Positions 1 to 10,600 of a stretch of DNA of 64,000 bases are shown piece by piece. The notes under the pieces are model-generated. The model ran no database searches, was not told the origin of the DNA, and saw only the letters and a list, made by a program, of their open reading frames with translations. Within the stretch, counting starts at the first letter, position 1, and every line of letters starts with the position of its first letter. Source of the DNA: Candidatus Obscuribacterales bacterium (GTDB lineage: Bacteria; Cyanobacteriota; Vampirovibrionia; Obscuribacterales; Obscuribacteraceae); the NCBI GenBank assembly GCA_965228855.1, contig CBDDIJ010000002.1:1152001-1216000 (forward strand). The letters are read 5' to 3'. The translations under genes were made by a program, and so were the position numbers.

Positions 1-2
1 AA

Positions 3-686
3 ATGCTGGTGACTGAGGAAGGTTTATATTACGGCACTGTAGGTGGTGGCAAGATTGAAAAACGTGCGATTGAGGAAGCGCAAGCGTTTCTCTCATCCGA
101 CGAAATCAAGGTGGCGGACGCACGCACCAAGTTTGTAAATTGGAGCCTGGAAAAGGACGTCGGGATGACGTGTGGCGGTTCCACCAAACTGTATTTCGAG
201 GTGTTCAACACTCACGCATGGAACATAGTTGTGTTCGGAGCGGGTCATTGTGCAAATGCTTTAATCGATTTGCTTTTGAAACTAGATTGTCGCGTAACTT
301 GTTTTGACCAGCGCCAGGAATGGCTCGATAAGCTGCCGTCTTCTTCTAAGCTAAAGAAGGTGCGTTGCGACGAGCTACCGGATATGGTGTCACAGTTGCC
401 GGCAAAATCGTTCGTCCTGCTCATGACTATGGGGCACACAACGGATAAGCCTATTCTTTTGGAAATCTTGAAAAACTGGGAGCAGAAACCTTTTCCATAC
501 CTCGGTGTGATCGGGAGCAAAGCTAAAGCCGTTCGCCTGTACCAAGACATCGCGGAAGCGGGCTTACCGTCAAAATACAACGATTTGTTTTACTGTCCGA
601 TGGGTCTTTCGGTCGGAAACAACCATCCGCAAGAGATCGCCATAAGTATCGTTTCTCAACTGCTCCAAATCCGCGACTCTGCGTAA
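3..686 (+). CDS. xdhC: Xanthine dehydrogenase accessory/maturation protein XdhC family (probably 5'-truncated by window edge)
   Basis: GTVGGGKIE, GMTCGG, VFGAGH, MTMGHTTD, YLGVIGSKAK and CPMGL...PQEIAISIVSQLL motifs typical of XdhC. Confidence 0.9.
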   Translation: MLVTEEGLYYGTVGGGKIEKRAIEEAQAFLSSDEIKVADARTKFVNWSLEKDVGMTCGGSTKLYFEVFNTHAWNIVVFGAGHCANALIDLLLKLDCRVTCFDQRQEWLDKLPSSSKLKKVRCDELPDMVSQLPAKSFVLLMTMGHTTDKPILLEILKNWEQKPFPYLGVIGSKAKAVRLYQDIAEAGLPSKYNDLFYCPMGLSVGNNHPQEIAISIVSQLLQIRDSA

Positions 687-704
687 TACTAAACTTTGGT
701 TGGT

Positions 705-1082
705 TCAGGTTGCTTTTGCGAGTAGCGGGAGGCGAGCCAAAATTTCATCCCAGGGCACCGTAAACCGCCGGTCATCGGTCTCTTCAACGAGACCGATGTG
801 GGTCAATTCAGAAACATCTGTATGGACGTTCTTGTAATCACGTCCTAGTGATAGAGCCAGCTGTCGAATGTTCACTGGGCCAATAGCGCGGAGTCGCTGC
901 ATTAATTCAATGCGTCGAGGTGACAGATATTTCAATAGAGTCGCCATGTCGGCAAAATGCAATTGGTTAACTGGTTCCTCAGGAGGTAGACCCTCTTCGG
1001 CGCGCTTCCATGCTCGGATTGCATCTTCGGCGGCTTCCTGTCCCGATTGAATGCCTATCAAAATGTTTTTCTTGTTCTTCAT
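705..1082 (-). CDS. HVO_A0114-like HTH DNA-binding protein (putative antitoxin/regulator)
   Basis: LSPRRIELMQRL...IRQLALSLGRDYKNVHTDVSELTHIGLVE...VPWDEI signature. Confidence 0.8.
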   Translation of the reverse strand: MKNKKNILIGIQSGQEAAEDAIRAWKRAEEGLPPEEPVNQLHFADMATLLKYLSPRRIELMQRLRAIGPVNIRQLALSLGRDYKNVHTDVSELTHIGLVEETDDRRFTVPWDEILARLPLLAKAT

Positions 1083-1130
1083 TGATTCCCTTCCCGAGCG
1101 CTTTTCTCATCTTGCAAGAAGGTAGACTTC

Positions 1131-1152
1131 ATTATGGTAACCATACCATAAT
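1131..1152. promoter_or_regulatory. Inverted repeat upstream of HTH gene, candidate autoregulatory operator
   Basis: ATTATGGT-N6-ACCATAAT perfect 8-bp arms, ~50 bp upstream of the 1082 start. Confidence 0.5.
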
Positions 1153-1252
1153 CGCTACCGAAGAGTTTTAGAGAAAGACATGCTCGGACTGCTTCCTTGG
1201 CGCGGGTGAATCAAAATGAAGTATCTCAGTGTTGAGGTTTTTGGGAAAATTT

Positions 1253-1278
1253 GATATGGTTTCCTAGGAAACTATATC
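1253..1278. promoter_or_regulatory. Palindromic operator, probably bound by adjacent MarR regulator
   Basis: GATATGGTTTCCTAGGAAACTATATC: 26-bp palindrome with one mismatched pair, ending 10 bp before the marR ATG. Confidence 0.7.
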
Positions 1279-1288
1279 GGAGAGGAAG

Positions 1289-1759
1289 ATGACCGGAAGT
1301 GTGAGCAATCTGGAAGACCATGTCGGTTACTGGCTTCGGTTCGTTTCAAATCACGTCTCTCACTCATTTGCTGCAAAGGTTGAAACTGAAGGAGTAACAG
1401 TGGCTGAGTGGGTCGTGCTGAGGGAGATGTTCGCGCAGTCGTCGGTCAATCCGAGTCAATTGGCTGAGCGGCTGGGGTTAAGTCGTGGGGCTGTATCTAA
1501 ATTAATAGATAGACTTGTCTCGAAACGCCTTGTGGAAAAGCAGGTGGGAAAAGCTATCGCGTCGAATCTGGATGGTCGATATCAAACGGTTGATCTGACA
1601 CCTGCTGGTCGGCGGTTGGTTCCAAAGCTCGCTAAGCTTGCCGACAAAAACGATGAAGACTTCTTTGGTCATCTGTCGACGAAGCAGAAGGCTGACCTGG
1701 TAAGGATTCTCAAGGACATCGTAAAGGCGAATGGTCTGAAGAGCACGCCAGTCAAGTGA
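1289..1759 (+). CDS. MarR family transcriptional regulator
   Basis: VTVAEWVVLREM...PSQLAERLGLSRGAVSKLIDRL...DGR...LTPAGR winged HTH. Confidence 0.92.
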   Translation: MTGSVSNLEDHVGYWLRFVSNHVSHSFAAKVETEGVTVAEWVVLREMFAQSSVNPSQLAERLGLSRGAVSKLIDRLVSKRLVEKQVGKAIASNLDGRYQTVDLTPAGRRLVPKLAKLADKNDEDFFGHLSTKQKADLVRILKDIVKANGLKSTPVK

Positions 1760-1797
1760 CTACAAATCGGTTTAATTGCGTTGAAGGAGTGTGCTAG

Positions 1798-2202
1798 ATG
1801 AATATGATCAGCGAAGATGCGGCGGCGAAAATGGAAACTTGTGTTCAGGGTTCGCTCTCCGGAACGATGTCTTTTCCTGAGGTGCTCGGGCTGTTGCGAA
1901 GTGTTGGTGTCGAGCGCTATCACGCCGATTTCTCAAGAGAGGAGAATACTTACTACTTGAAGAATGGGCAGTCTCACGTGGTCAAGTCCCCTCATCCGAC
2001 CCACGAGTCTGCGCAGGAATTCTCGGCAGATGGGGTTGCTGCGGCGGTCGGTCGAAGTCAACGAGGCGAGCACTCTTACTTAGATTTTGTTCGAGACACG
2101 ATGAAAGCGGGTTGTGTCGGATACTTTGTGCAATTAGATGGATGTCGCGTTCAATATTTTGGACGGAAAGGCGAAATCCATACCGAGACGTTCCCTGTTT
2201 GA
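1798..2202 (+). CDS. DUF1398 family protein
   Basis: SFPEV..L...GVERYHADF...TYY and duplicated SYLDF....KAGCVGY.V half; SD AAGGAG. Confidence 0.75.
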   Translation: MNMISEDAAAKMETCVQGSLSGTMSFPEVLGLLRSVGVERYHADFSREENTYYLKNGQSHVVKSPHPTHESAQEFSADGVAAAVGRSQRGEHSYLDFVRDTMKAGCVGYFVQLDGCRVQYFGRKGEIHTETFPV

Positions 2203-2283
2203 TCTCCCATTTTCGACTCTGGCAGGGTGAAGCCGGCAATGGTCTATAATTTCAGTCGGTGGAAGTCGCGGAAGGTTTTTGAT

Positions 2284-2931
2284 ATGGGTTTGACAGTGAG
2301 TACCGGAATGCTGGCTGATTATCTCGAGGCTGGCGATGATGAGGCTGCTGAATGGATTCGAAACGACATTCGGGTCATAAATGAAATCCTCAAAGCTCAC
2401 AATTTGCCTGCCCACGAGGAATCGGAAACGGTTCCAGAGATGGAAACTCAACTAGAAATCGATGGTTGCCCGTATTCTGCTGTTCATTATCTAAGAAGAT
2501 TTTACGCGCACGTCGTCAAAGATCCTGCTTGGGTTCCAACGCGAGTTCCATCCGGAGAGGATGCGAGCGAGGACCCTGTACTGGACGACGAGGAATTGGT
2601 CGTGGGCAGCCATTTGCTGTGCCATTCAGATTGCGAGGGGTATTACGTTCCGCTTGAATTCGACGAGGTCTTGATCACTGAGGACCTTTTAGAGGAGCCT
2701 GCTGGAATGATTGGGTCTTCATACAGGCTAAAATCCGAGCTTGAATTGGTCGCTCCGAAACTTGGGATTTCGCTGATTAACGGCGATTTGAGTCCCGAGG
2801 AAGGCGCTCGGCTTAATGACGAGATTTGCTCTGATGAGGGCGAATTTGTAACTGAGAAACATGTATGGCTTATGTTGTACGAGTGCGCCAGGTTTAGCAT
2901 CGAGCACAAGACTTTGATCGTTTTCAACTAA
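2284..2931 (+). CDS. Conserved hypothetical acidic protein
   Basis: Long ORF; MGL.VS.G start and SHLLCHSDCEGYYVP motif; ATG 2284 preferred over GTG 2227. Confidence 0.7.
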   Translation: MGLTVSTGMLADYLEAGDDEAAEWIRNDIRVINEILKAHNLPAHEESETVPEMETQLEIDGCPYSAVHYLRRFYAHVVKDPAWVPTRVPSGEDASEDPVLDDEELVVGSHLLCHSDCEGYYVPLEFDEVLITEDLLEEPAGMIGSSYRLKSELELVAPKLGISLINGDLSPEEGARLNDEICSDEGEFVTEKHVWLMLYECARFSIEHKTLIVFN

Positions 2932-3929
2932 ATACTGCGGTCATATAAAAGTTCCCGAGCTTCTCGGAGTGCGGTGCCTAATTCTTGAACGGATTGGTAG
3001 CGCTCATCGGGATTTCGGCGCAGCGCTTTCGCTACGACTCTCTCAAGTTCTATTGGAAATTCAAGACCCTCGTAGATCTCGTTGATCGATGGTGCATCGT
3101 TTTGCACTCTCAATAACAGTGTTTCCATCGCATTGGAACCCTTTAGACATGGGCTTCCGGTGAGCGACTCGAACATTACGCAGCCCAGAGTGTACACTTC
3201 CGATCGGCAATCTGCTTCTTCTCCGATGCATTGCTCCGGGCTCAAATAAAGGGGACTTCCGAAAATCTCGCCAGGTTGTGTAAGGTCTTGCAAGACCGAC
3301 GAGCCTTCTTGAGACATGAGAACCTTTATTGTCTCTTCTATCGAAGTCGAGCTCTGGTCGCCGGTGAGCGCATGGCTCGGTTGTACCATGGACTTGATTG
3401 CGGATGCGGTTTCTGGGCAGACCTCGCCTGTTTGTTTGCAGACTTTGGCGATACCGAAGTCCACGATTTTTGATTGTTTAAAGTCGCCGGCTACCAACAT
3501 TATGTTGCTTGGTTTGATGTCGCGGTGCACGACATTCGATTCATGCGCGTGACTCAATCCATCGCAAACTCCGTCGAAGGCTTCAAAAAATTCCGGCAGA
3601 TTCAATCGTAGTTTTTGTTTCAGCACATCCTGTAGCGAGACTCCTTCGAGAAATTCCATGACGATGAAAGGCTCGTTGTTGTCCGTAAATCCAAACGCTG
3701 TCACTTCGACGATATTTTTGTGATGCAGGTCGATCGCCACTTTCGCCTCGCGCTCAAAACGCATCCGATTGGTCGGATCGTTCTTGAGATGGTTGTGCAT
3801 GACCTTGAGCGCCAACACTTTGTTCGAATTGTGTTCCACTGCCTGAAAAACTTTTCCCATGCCTCCGACACCTACTTCGGACAATATTCTGAAGCGATCC
3901 ATGGTGAGGTTTTGTCCACTATTGCTCAT
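2928..3929 (-). CDS. Hanks-type Ser/Thr protein kinase, soluble, with expanded activation segment
   Basis: GVGGMGKV, ALK, HRDIKPSNIML, DFG, GSPLYLSPE. Confidence 0.93.
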   Translation of the reverse strand: MSNSGQNLTMDRFRILSEVGVGGMGKVFQAVEHNSNKVLALKVMHNHLKNDPTNRMRFEREAKVAIDLHHKNIVEVTAFGFTDNNEPFIVMEFLEGVSLQDVLKQKLRLNLPEFFEAFDGVCDGLSHAHESNVVHRDIKPSNIMLVAGDFKQSKIVDFGIAKVCKQTGEVCPETASAIKSMVQPSHALTGDQSSTSIEETIKVLMSQEGSSVLQDLTQPGEIFGSPLYLSPEQCIGEEADCRSEVYTLGCVMFESLTGSPCLKGSNAMETLLLRVQNDAPSINEIYEGLEFPIELERVVAKALRRNPDERYQSVQELGTALREARELLYDRSI

Positions 3930-4084
3930 ATATTCCTGCTGACGGTCATGATGAATTTATCCGTGTTACGAATATTCCCGTCTGTCGACTCAGGTGTGTT
4001 CGATGGCGACTATTTGTCATGAAACCTTACTTTGTATCACGCGGTCCAGGAACTTAGAATCGAGCTTGGCTTGAGGCACCGATT

Positions 4085-4450
4085 TCAGCCCCTCAAGATT
4101 TTATTCATCGCTTTGCCTTTCGCTAACTCATCGATCAACTTGTCGAGGTAGCGAATCTCCCGCATGATCGGATCTTCAATATCTTCGACGCGGACGCCGC
4201 AGACAACGCCTTTAATCAGATGTCGCGAAGGATTTGCGCCCGGAGTTTGGGCAAAAAATGTTTCGAAGTCGATCTGACTTTGCACAATGGATTGAAGTTC
4301 TTGCTGGCTATAGCCGGTCAACCAGCAAATAATTTCGTCCACTTCGGTTTTCGAGCGACCTTTCTTCTCAGCCTTCGCGACGTATAAAGGATAAACGCTG
4401 GCAAAAGGCATTGTGTAAATGCGATGCTTGGCTGGGCTTTGTTTGGGCAT
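4085..4450 (-). CDS. DUF2200 family protein
   Basis: [17 protein letters not shown]...ICWLTGY...[34 protein letters not shown]. Confidence 0.9.
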   Translation of the reverse strand: MPKQSPAKHRIYTMPFASVYPLYVAKAEKKGRSKTEVDEIICWLTGYSQQELQSIVQSQIDFETFFAQTPGANPSRHLIKGVVCGVRVEDIEDPIMREIRYLDKLIDELAKGKAMNKILRG

Positions 4451-4537
4451 GTCTTCGTGTCCTTTGATTTTTGAACCGATTTGATGGTTTATTTTAATTT
4501 CGATCGTCAGAGAAAACCGACAACCAAAGTTCGCATC

Positions 4538-5122
4538 TTAGATGCTTTTGAACTCTGCTTCAATTGCCCGCATCGTTTTTACAACTCTGCGCGGATTGGC
4601 TGTTAATGCGACAAATCCGTATTTTTCGTAGAACCGTATCGGATCTCTGGCTCCCTGGTTTTGCTCTTCTTTGCTGGGCTTTTCAGCGTCAATAACAAAT
4701 AGCGCGCTGCCAACGTTTTTAGACGCCTTAAGGCTGCGTAATTGCGCGTCAGTCAAAAGCAGCTCCCCGAGCCGAGGTTTGGAGCCGGTAGTGTCGAAGA
4801 GCGTTTGACTGAAATTCATATCGACGCCTAGCCGACCTAGCAAGATGGCGCTGGTCTCTGTATAACGTGGCAATTTTCTTTGAATCTTCTCGGGTAGCTC
4901 TTTAAAGACGATGCTAAGGCTGGATAGCGAATAATGGCCCCTGATCACCATTGTCCCTGGTTCTGTCAGCACAAAAACTGACGATGTACGGCTCGATACG
5001 TCTCTGTGAGCTTGTTCTTGAATATATCTTTTGATGCTCGCCAAATTCGATGTGAATTGCGAGGCGTCATGGTCTTTGGTCCACGGCACAATCGCCAAAG
5101 ACAAATCGGCAGCATTTTGCAC
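4538..5122 (-). CDS. GNAT acetyltransferase toxin (TacT/AtaT-like)
   Basis: HDASQF, KLPRY, AILLGRLGVD, GELLL.DA, VIDA, RFYEKYGF; directly downstream of DUF1778 gene. Confidence 0.85.
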   Translation of the reverse strand: MQNAADLSLAIVPWTKDHDASQFTSNLASIKRYIQEQAHRDVSSRTSSVFVLTEPGTMVIRGHYSLSSLSIVFKELPEKIQRKLPRYTETSAILLGRLGVDMNFSQTLFDTTGSKPRLGELLLTDAQLRSLKASKNVGSALFVIDAEKPSKEEQNQGARDPIRFYEKYGFVALTANPRRVVKTMRAIEAEFKSI

Positions 5123-5123
5123 C

Positions 5124-5405
5124 CTAGCTGCCTACGATCTTTTTGTGTCGACGCATTGCAGCAACTGACGTCTCGTTAACCTCAGGCCGGCTGTTCATGA
5201 GTTCGGCCAGAGCAACGCTTTCTTCCACTGTAAGACGAACAATGCGTTGCTTTTCGATTACTTCAGAGGCTTCCTTAAGCGCCGCCTGAACCATAAAATC
5301 CGAGGTTGAGCGGCCTTGCAGAGCGGCCGCCTGGTCGATCTGCTGTTTTGCTTCAGCCGTCAACCTGGCATCGATACGCTCTTCCTTTTTGTCTTTTATT
5401 GCCAT
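5124..5405 (-). CDS. DUF1778 RHH antitoxin (TacA/AtaR-like)
   Basis: KEERIDARL...K..IDQAAALQGRSTSDFMVQAAL.EA..VIE; SD GAGG before ATG 5405. Confidence 0.9.
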   Translation of the reverse strand: MAIKDKKEERIDARLTAEAKQQIDQAAALQGRSTSDFMVQAALKEASEVIEKQRIVRLTVEESVALAELMNSRPEVNETSVAAMRRHKKIVGS

Positions 5406-5664
5406 GTTCAACACCTCTTGTAGAATTGTACTGCGAAGTTCCGTACACGGCAATGGCGACTGAACAACATTCTTTCGGTCTAGCCCAAACTTGTTTGTAG
5501 TTCCTGTTTAGCTTCAGTGCTGAAGGCTAGTGCGTCCGGGTTGGGCTGTCTCGCTTCGCAAATTCCGCTCGGTCTAGTCAGGAGCGGTATGATAGGGTGG
5601 TTGAAATTCACCGCAGCAATGCAATTGGTCAGTAAGAACATCGGGCAGAGTAAAGGAAATCCGC

Positions 5665-6783
5665 TTGCCGAAAGACGAGAAGCTGGACCAGGAGCCGTTG
5701 ACGTACGCCGAGCTGAAGAAGAGCTTGGACGATACGCGGTATGAGTTGGAATTGTTCAAGAAAAACCATTCGGCGCTGTCGGCTCGGATTCAAAAAATCA
5801 TCACGAGCTTTCCGCTTGGTCTGATTATCGTCAATACGGATCAGCGGATCGAAGCGTTGAATTCGCGCGCGGTCGCGGCGTTTCACTTCGAGCCGGCAGA
5901 GTTGGCGAAGGCTCCAGTGTCGACGATATTTCCGGACTTCGAGTCCTTCGAACTGTCGACGGAGCCGACTCGCGTGATTGGGAAGCGCAAAAACGGCGAG
6001 CTGTTTCAGTGCGAAATCTGTGTCAACAAGTTGATGATGCATGGCGAGGAGCGTTATTTCGTGAACGTGCAGGATGTCACTGAGCGGCATCGATTAGAAC
6101 AGTTGCGGCGCGACCTTGTTGCAATGGTCAGTCATGATATTCGGCAGCCCCTTACGGCGATTCGTCTGGTATTGGATATGGTGCTGCGTGGCTCGTATGG
6201 TGAGATGAACGCTCGCGGCGAGAAGAACGTGAACACTGCGGTTACATCAATCGACTATTTGATCTCGCTAGTCAAGAATTTGCTTGACTCTGAAAAAGTG
6301 GATAGCGGGACAATTGAAATCATTCCTGCGGAAACCACAGTAGGCGCCATAATCAACAAGGCGCTAGTCACCGCCAATGGTGCAAAACAGAAGGCGTCCG
6401 TTTCCATTGAAAGCGATTTTACGAACGATGTCATTGTTGCAGACGAAGATCGCGTAGCGCAGGTGCTCATCAACCTGATCTCGAACGCTGTTAAGTATTC
6501 ACCGGAAAATTCTACAGTGAAAGTTCTTGCCGGCATTGAGGGTTTAAACGCCAAGTTTCGGGTAGTGGATTCCGGTCCAGGTGTCCCGAAAGAGTCCCAG
6601 TATCTGATATTTGAGCGCTACCAGCAATTGGAGCAGCATAAGTCGATTAAGACTCAAGGTTTTGGATTGGGGCTGGCGATCTGCAAAGCCTTTGTTGAAA
6701 AGCATGGCGGAAAGATTTGGGTCGAGAGTGAAGAGGGAAAGGGAAGCTGTTTCTGTTTCACAATCCCGACGTCCCCCGCCTGA
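5665..6783 (+). CDS. Cytoplasmic PAS-domain sensor histidine kinase
   Basis: PAS (RKNGELF..EI...VQDVTER), H-box SHDIRQPL, N-box NLISNAVKYS, DSGPG, GFGLGLAIC. Confidence 0.93.
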   Translation: MPKDEKLDQEPLTYAELKKSLDDTRYELELFKKNHSALSARIQKIITSFPLGLIIVNTDQRIEALNSRAVAAFHFEPAELAKAPVSTIFPDFESFELSTEPTRVIGKRKNGELFQCEICVNKLMMHGEERYFVNVQDVTERHRLEQLRRDLVAMVSHDIRQPLTAIRLVLDMVLRGSYGEMNARGEKNVNTAVTSIDYLISLVKNLLDSEKVDSGTIEIIPAETTVGAIINKALVTANGAKQKASVSIESDFTNDVIVADEDRVAQVLINLISNAVKYSPENSTVKVLAGIEGLNAKFRVVDSGPGVPKESQYLIFERYQQLEQHKSIKTQGFGLGLAICKAFVEKHGGKIWVESEEGKGSCFCFTIPTSPA

Positions 6784-6862
6784 GCGATGTGTGTGACAGA
6801 AGTTTTGCGCGCGTCCTTGCGTGGTATTCTTTACGTGGTTTCCTTCTGCAAGGAAAGCACGC

Positions 6863-7537
6863 ATGGGACGCATTTTACTAGTCGAAGATGATGAGATGAT
6901 CGCCTCTGTTGTCGAGGATGTGTTGTCCGAGCATAACCACGTCGTCGACCTGGTCTCAACCGGACCCGATGCGCTCGATCAGTTACTTCATTATCACTAT
7001 GACATGGCGATCATCGATTGGGGATTGCCCGGAATGCCTGGTTATACAGTGACTGAGCAGTACAGAGGCAAAGGCGGAAAGATTCCGATCCTTTTTCTTA
7101 CCGGTCAAACCGATGTCGTGAAGAAGGTCCAGGCGCTTGATGTTGGCGCCGATGATTATATCTGCAAACCATTTGCCGTTGACGAACTCATTGCTCGTGT
7201 TACTGCGCTTCTGCGAAGACCGCCTGTGGAAGATGAGAAGGTGGTGAAGTCCGGCAGTCTTCAATTGGATCTTGCCACCTGCCAAGTCACCATATCCGGT
7301 GCGCCGCTCACGTTGACTGCCGGCGAGTTTGCCCTTCTCAAGCTATTTATGCAGAACCCGGGCAAGGTCTTTTCGATTAGTTCGATTGTCGACAAGATTT
7401 TTCAGTCGGATGCCGAGTTCGCGGAGAAAGCGGTCCGGCAGCGTGTCATGGTGTTGCGCAAGAAGCTGTCGGTAGATGGTCATGAAGAGTCAATTGTTAC
7501 TGTAACCGGTCAAGGCTACAAATTTGAAGCGCGCTGA
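6863..7537 (+). CDS. OmpR-family response regulator
   Basis: ILLVEDD, IIDWGLP, GADDYICKPF, C-terminal wHTH with LRKKL and TVTGQGYK. Confidence 0.93.
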   Translation: MGRILLVEDDEMIASVVEDVLSEHNHVVDLVSTGPDALDQLLHYHYDMAIIDWGLPGMPGYTVTEQYRGKGGKIPILFLTGQTDVVKKVQALDVGADDYICKPFAVDELIARVTALLRRPPVEDEKVVKSGSLQLDLATCQVTISGAPLTLTAGEFALLKLFMQNPGKVFSISSIVDKIFQSDAEFAEKAVRQRVMVLRKKLSVDGHEESIVTVTGQGYKFEAR

Positions 7538-7623
7538 TGGTTTAAAGCCCTCATAAGTTGATGTCTCAAACAAGCGCCGCAGAAGTCTGTTAAACATCTC
7601 CAAATGTTCGATTCGGCCCCTGG

Positions 7624-7658
7624 CTGTATGATCCTCCCATCGAGATGGGAGCGTACAG
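7624..7658 (+). promoter_or_regulatory. Hairpin sequestering the Shine-Dalgarno sequence of the 1026-aa exoprotein gene
   Basis: CTGTATG-(ATC bulge)-CTCCCAT-CGAG-ATGGGAG-CGTACAG ends immediately before ATG 7659. Confidence 0.6.
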
Positions 7659-10600
7659 ATGAAGATTCAAACCCGCCGGGCTTTCGCGCTCGGCCTTGCG
7701 ACGTTAGCATTGCCGTTCGTTTCGACCTGTTGTCCTGCTTGGGCGGGCTCTGACGATAGGTTGAACTTTCGCGAATTCCGCGACCTCAATCCGGAACTGG
7801 ACAAGCAGGTCGCTCGGCAGATGTTTCGGGAGTTCCGTCAGAATGATGGTCCTCGAAACTCCGGTCTTCAGCATGCGGCGATTGTTGTGCCCAGTTTCAA
7901 TTCGAGCGCTCCTGACGTCGCAGCAACGGTTTCGATCGTTCAAAGTCGAAAGAGGGATCGTTTTCTTGAAACACCTCGCGTTCGGCATCAGTCGCTGCAG
8001 TCTCTCAACAACAGTGTCGTCCGTTTAGAAAACGGCGTTAACCTTGATCTGACCTCATCGGAGCGAAATATCGTTCTTGGACGTAATCTTTTCAACCAGG
8101 ACGTCGACTCGATTACAATCAAAATTGGAAATGAAACCAAAACAGTCGCTGCCGGAAATCAGGTAACGGCTGCCGAATATGTCGCGGTGAAGCAAGTTTT
8201 AAGCGGCGGAAATCAGTCGCTCGATCTGGGCAAGAATGGTGCGGCGATTGGCGGTAGCGTCGATCTCGCCGCGCTCACTGACGGCAATGCTGTGATGAGG
8301 GCGTCAGCGCTTACGGTTGCTTCCGGGGTCACCGCCTATGGTGACTTTGGCAAGGGCTCGGATTTCAAGCTTGCCGGTAACCTGAATAATTTTGGAAGTG
8401 TGGAAACGTTTTCATCTAACTCGCGCAATGATGGCGCTATCCGCGCTGACGATATCAACAACTATCGCGGTGCGACCATCAGTTCTACTACAAACTTGAC
8501 GCTCGATGCCGCTGGCAATTTGACGAACGATGGCGCCATCGTCTCTCTGCAAGGGCTGTCTTTAACAGCGGGAGGCGAAATCCGTAATAGTGGCACCGTC
8601 TCGAGTGTCTCTCATTTGAATCTGGAAAGTTCGTCCATCGTAAATCGAGGTTTATTGCAGTCCGTTTCCGGAGACGTGAATCTGGACGCCGACCCGACGA
8701 TTCAAATGACGGTTGTGAATTCCCGCGGGACTATCAGTGCTGCCAATGGCGCCATTAATGTTCGCGCGGCTGATTACGCCGGTAGCGCAGACAGCACCGT
8801 ATTCGGTGGCGATTTATTGAGTAGAGAGCTCAATTTGCACGCCGGAAACGGACTTGCTGAAGTGAATGTCGGAAAGCTCACTGGTGTGTTGAATGAGACG
8901 GGCAAAGCTGCGCACGTTTTTGCCAGCACTGATGTTTTAAACCTGGGGAATATCTGTCTGACGGGCGACCCTACCTATTACAATTCGCTGGGTGATATCA
9001 ACATAACCGCTAACATGGCAGCCGATGAGGCTCTCGTCATCATTGCGGCTGGAAATATAACGGTTGCAAATGGCGTGAATATTGCCGCTCGCAATGACAC
9101 ACGCGGATTTAACATCACGTTCATAGCCGGAGCTGACATCGAGCCGGTCACAGGCTCCAACTCGCCGACACTGCCGCCTCTTACCGATACCAGCGGTGAG
9201 GTGATTTTGTCGGGGAAGGCGTCAAAGACTGGCGGAAGTATTGTCTTTGACGGCGCAAATGTCGTGACCAGTCGTAGTGTCGCCGGCGGTGGCGCTGAGA
9301 ATGCGGGCAATATTTGGTTTTACGCGTTTGCCGGCAAAAATGACAACAGCGGTAGCGTCGACCTCGGTGACGACTCCGTGGATATTGTTCAAATCCTTGC
9401 TGGCGGGCGGCAGGGCGGTTCGGGCGGTTTCGTCACAGTGGTAGCGGGTGGAGAACGAGCCATCAACATGGGAACCGGCGTGGTGGATACAAATGGTGGC
9501 GTTGGTGGTGGTTTAACCATAATCACCGCGCAACCTGTATCAAGCGACAAGAAGCTGGATATCCGCTACTTCGCAGATGGATCGCTCGATCCGGCTGGCG
9601 CCTGGCTGATTAATGGCGATAAATTCACCAAGAACGCGGTCGCGAATGTCGGCAATTTCATCGGCGAATCAATCGATGTCATTGCTACGAATATTAATGT
9701 CACGGGAGCTTTAGTCGCCGATTCCACGCTCGAGTTTTTCGCTGACTCCAACATCACCTTTGCTCCGGGAGCTACTCCGATAGAGGTTTCTACCGCCTCG
9801 CTGACGGCTGGCGGAAACATCGGAACACGTACCGAATTTGTGCAATTCGGTGCCTCACTGGATTCAATCACAACACAGTCGGTCCAGACTTACATAGAGG
9901 TGACAGCTGGTTCTAATCCGTTGATGGCTGGAGGCAGCGCGGGAGAATCCTACTCGCTTCGAGCATCTACGCGTCCGGTAGACGCTCTCAATCTCGGGTA
10001 CTCTCCAATTTACAGCTTCGACGTGCTTAAGTTGAATTCATTGAGTTTCTCCTCATTTACTCAGATTATCCATGAATTCAGCCTTCGGACGCACTCCACC
10101 GACACTTTGTTTGGCGCTTTCACCAACATCGAGAGAGTTTCAGTTGATGCAGAGGGGGCGATCGGAACATTGCTCAATCCCTTTGTGACGACGGACGTGG
10201 AGACGGTCGACTTGCGATCTAGAACTGGTGCAGTCTTTTACGAGAAAAACGGCGACAAGACAAAGACTTCTCTGCGCGCCAATGCGGCGACGCACCTGGG
10301 TGTTGAGGCCAACGGCAGTTTGAATGTGACAGAGGCGTACGTGCTCAATGGAGACGCCAACATCTTCGGCAACGGCGGCACTCTCTCAATCGGTATAGTC
10401 GAGGCTACTGCTCAAGTGACGGTGGCACATGACGGCGAGAAGGCTAAGTTGATTTTGAATCCGGACGCCAGAATCTTTGGAAAGTCAGGCGTTACTGACG
10501 CGGCGCCTGTCACTATCAGCCTCGGTCCAACATCCAGTACTGTAATTCCCGCAAGCAGCATCAAAAATTTGACTGTAGCCGAAAGTGGTGTCGGAGATGA

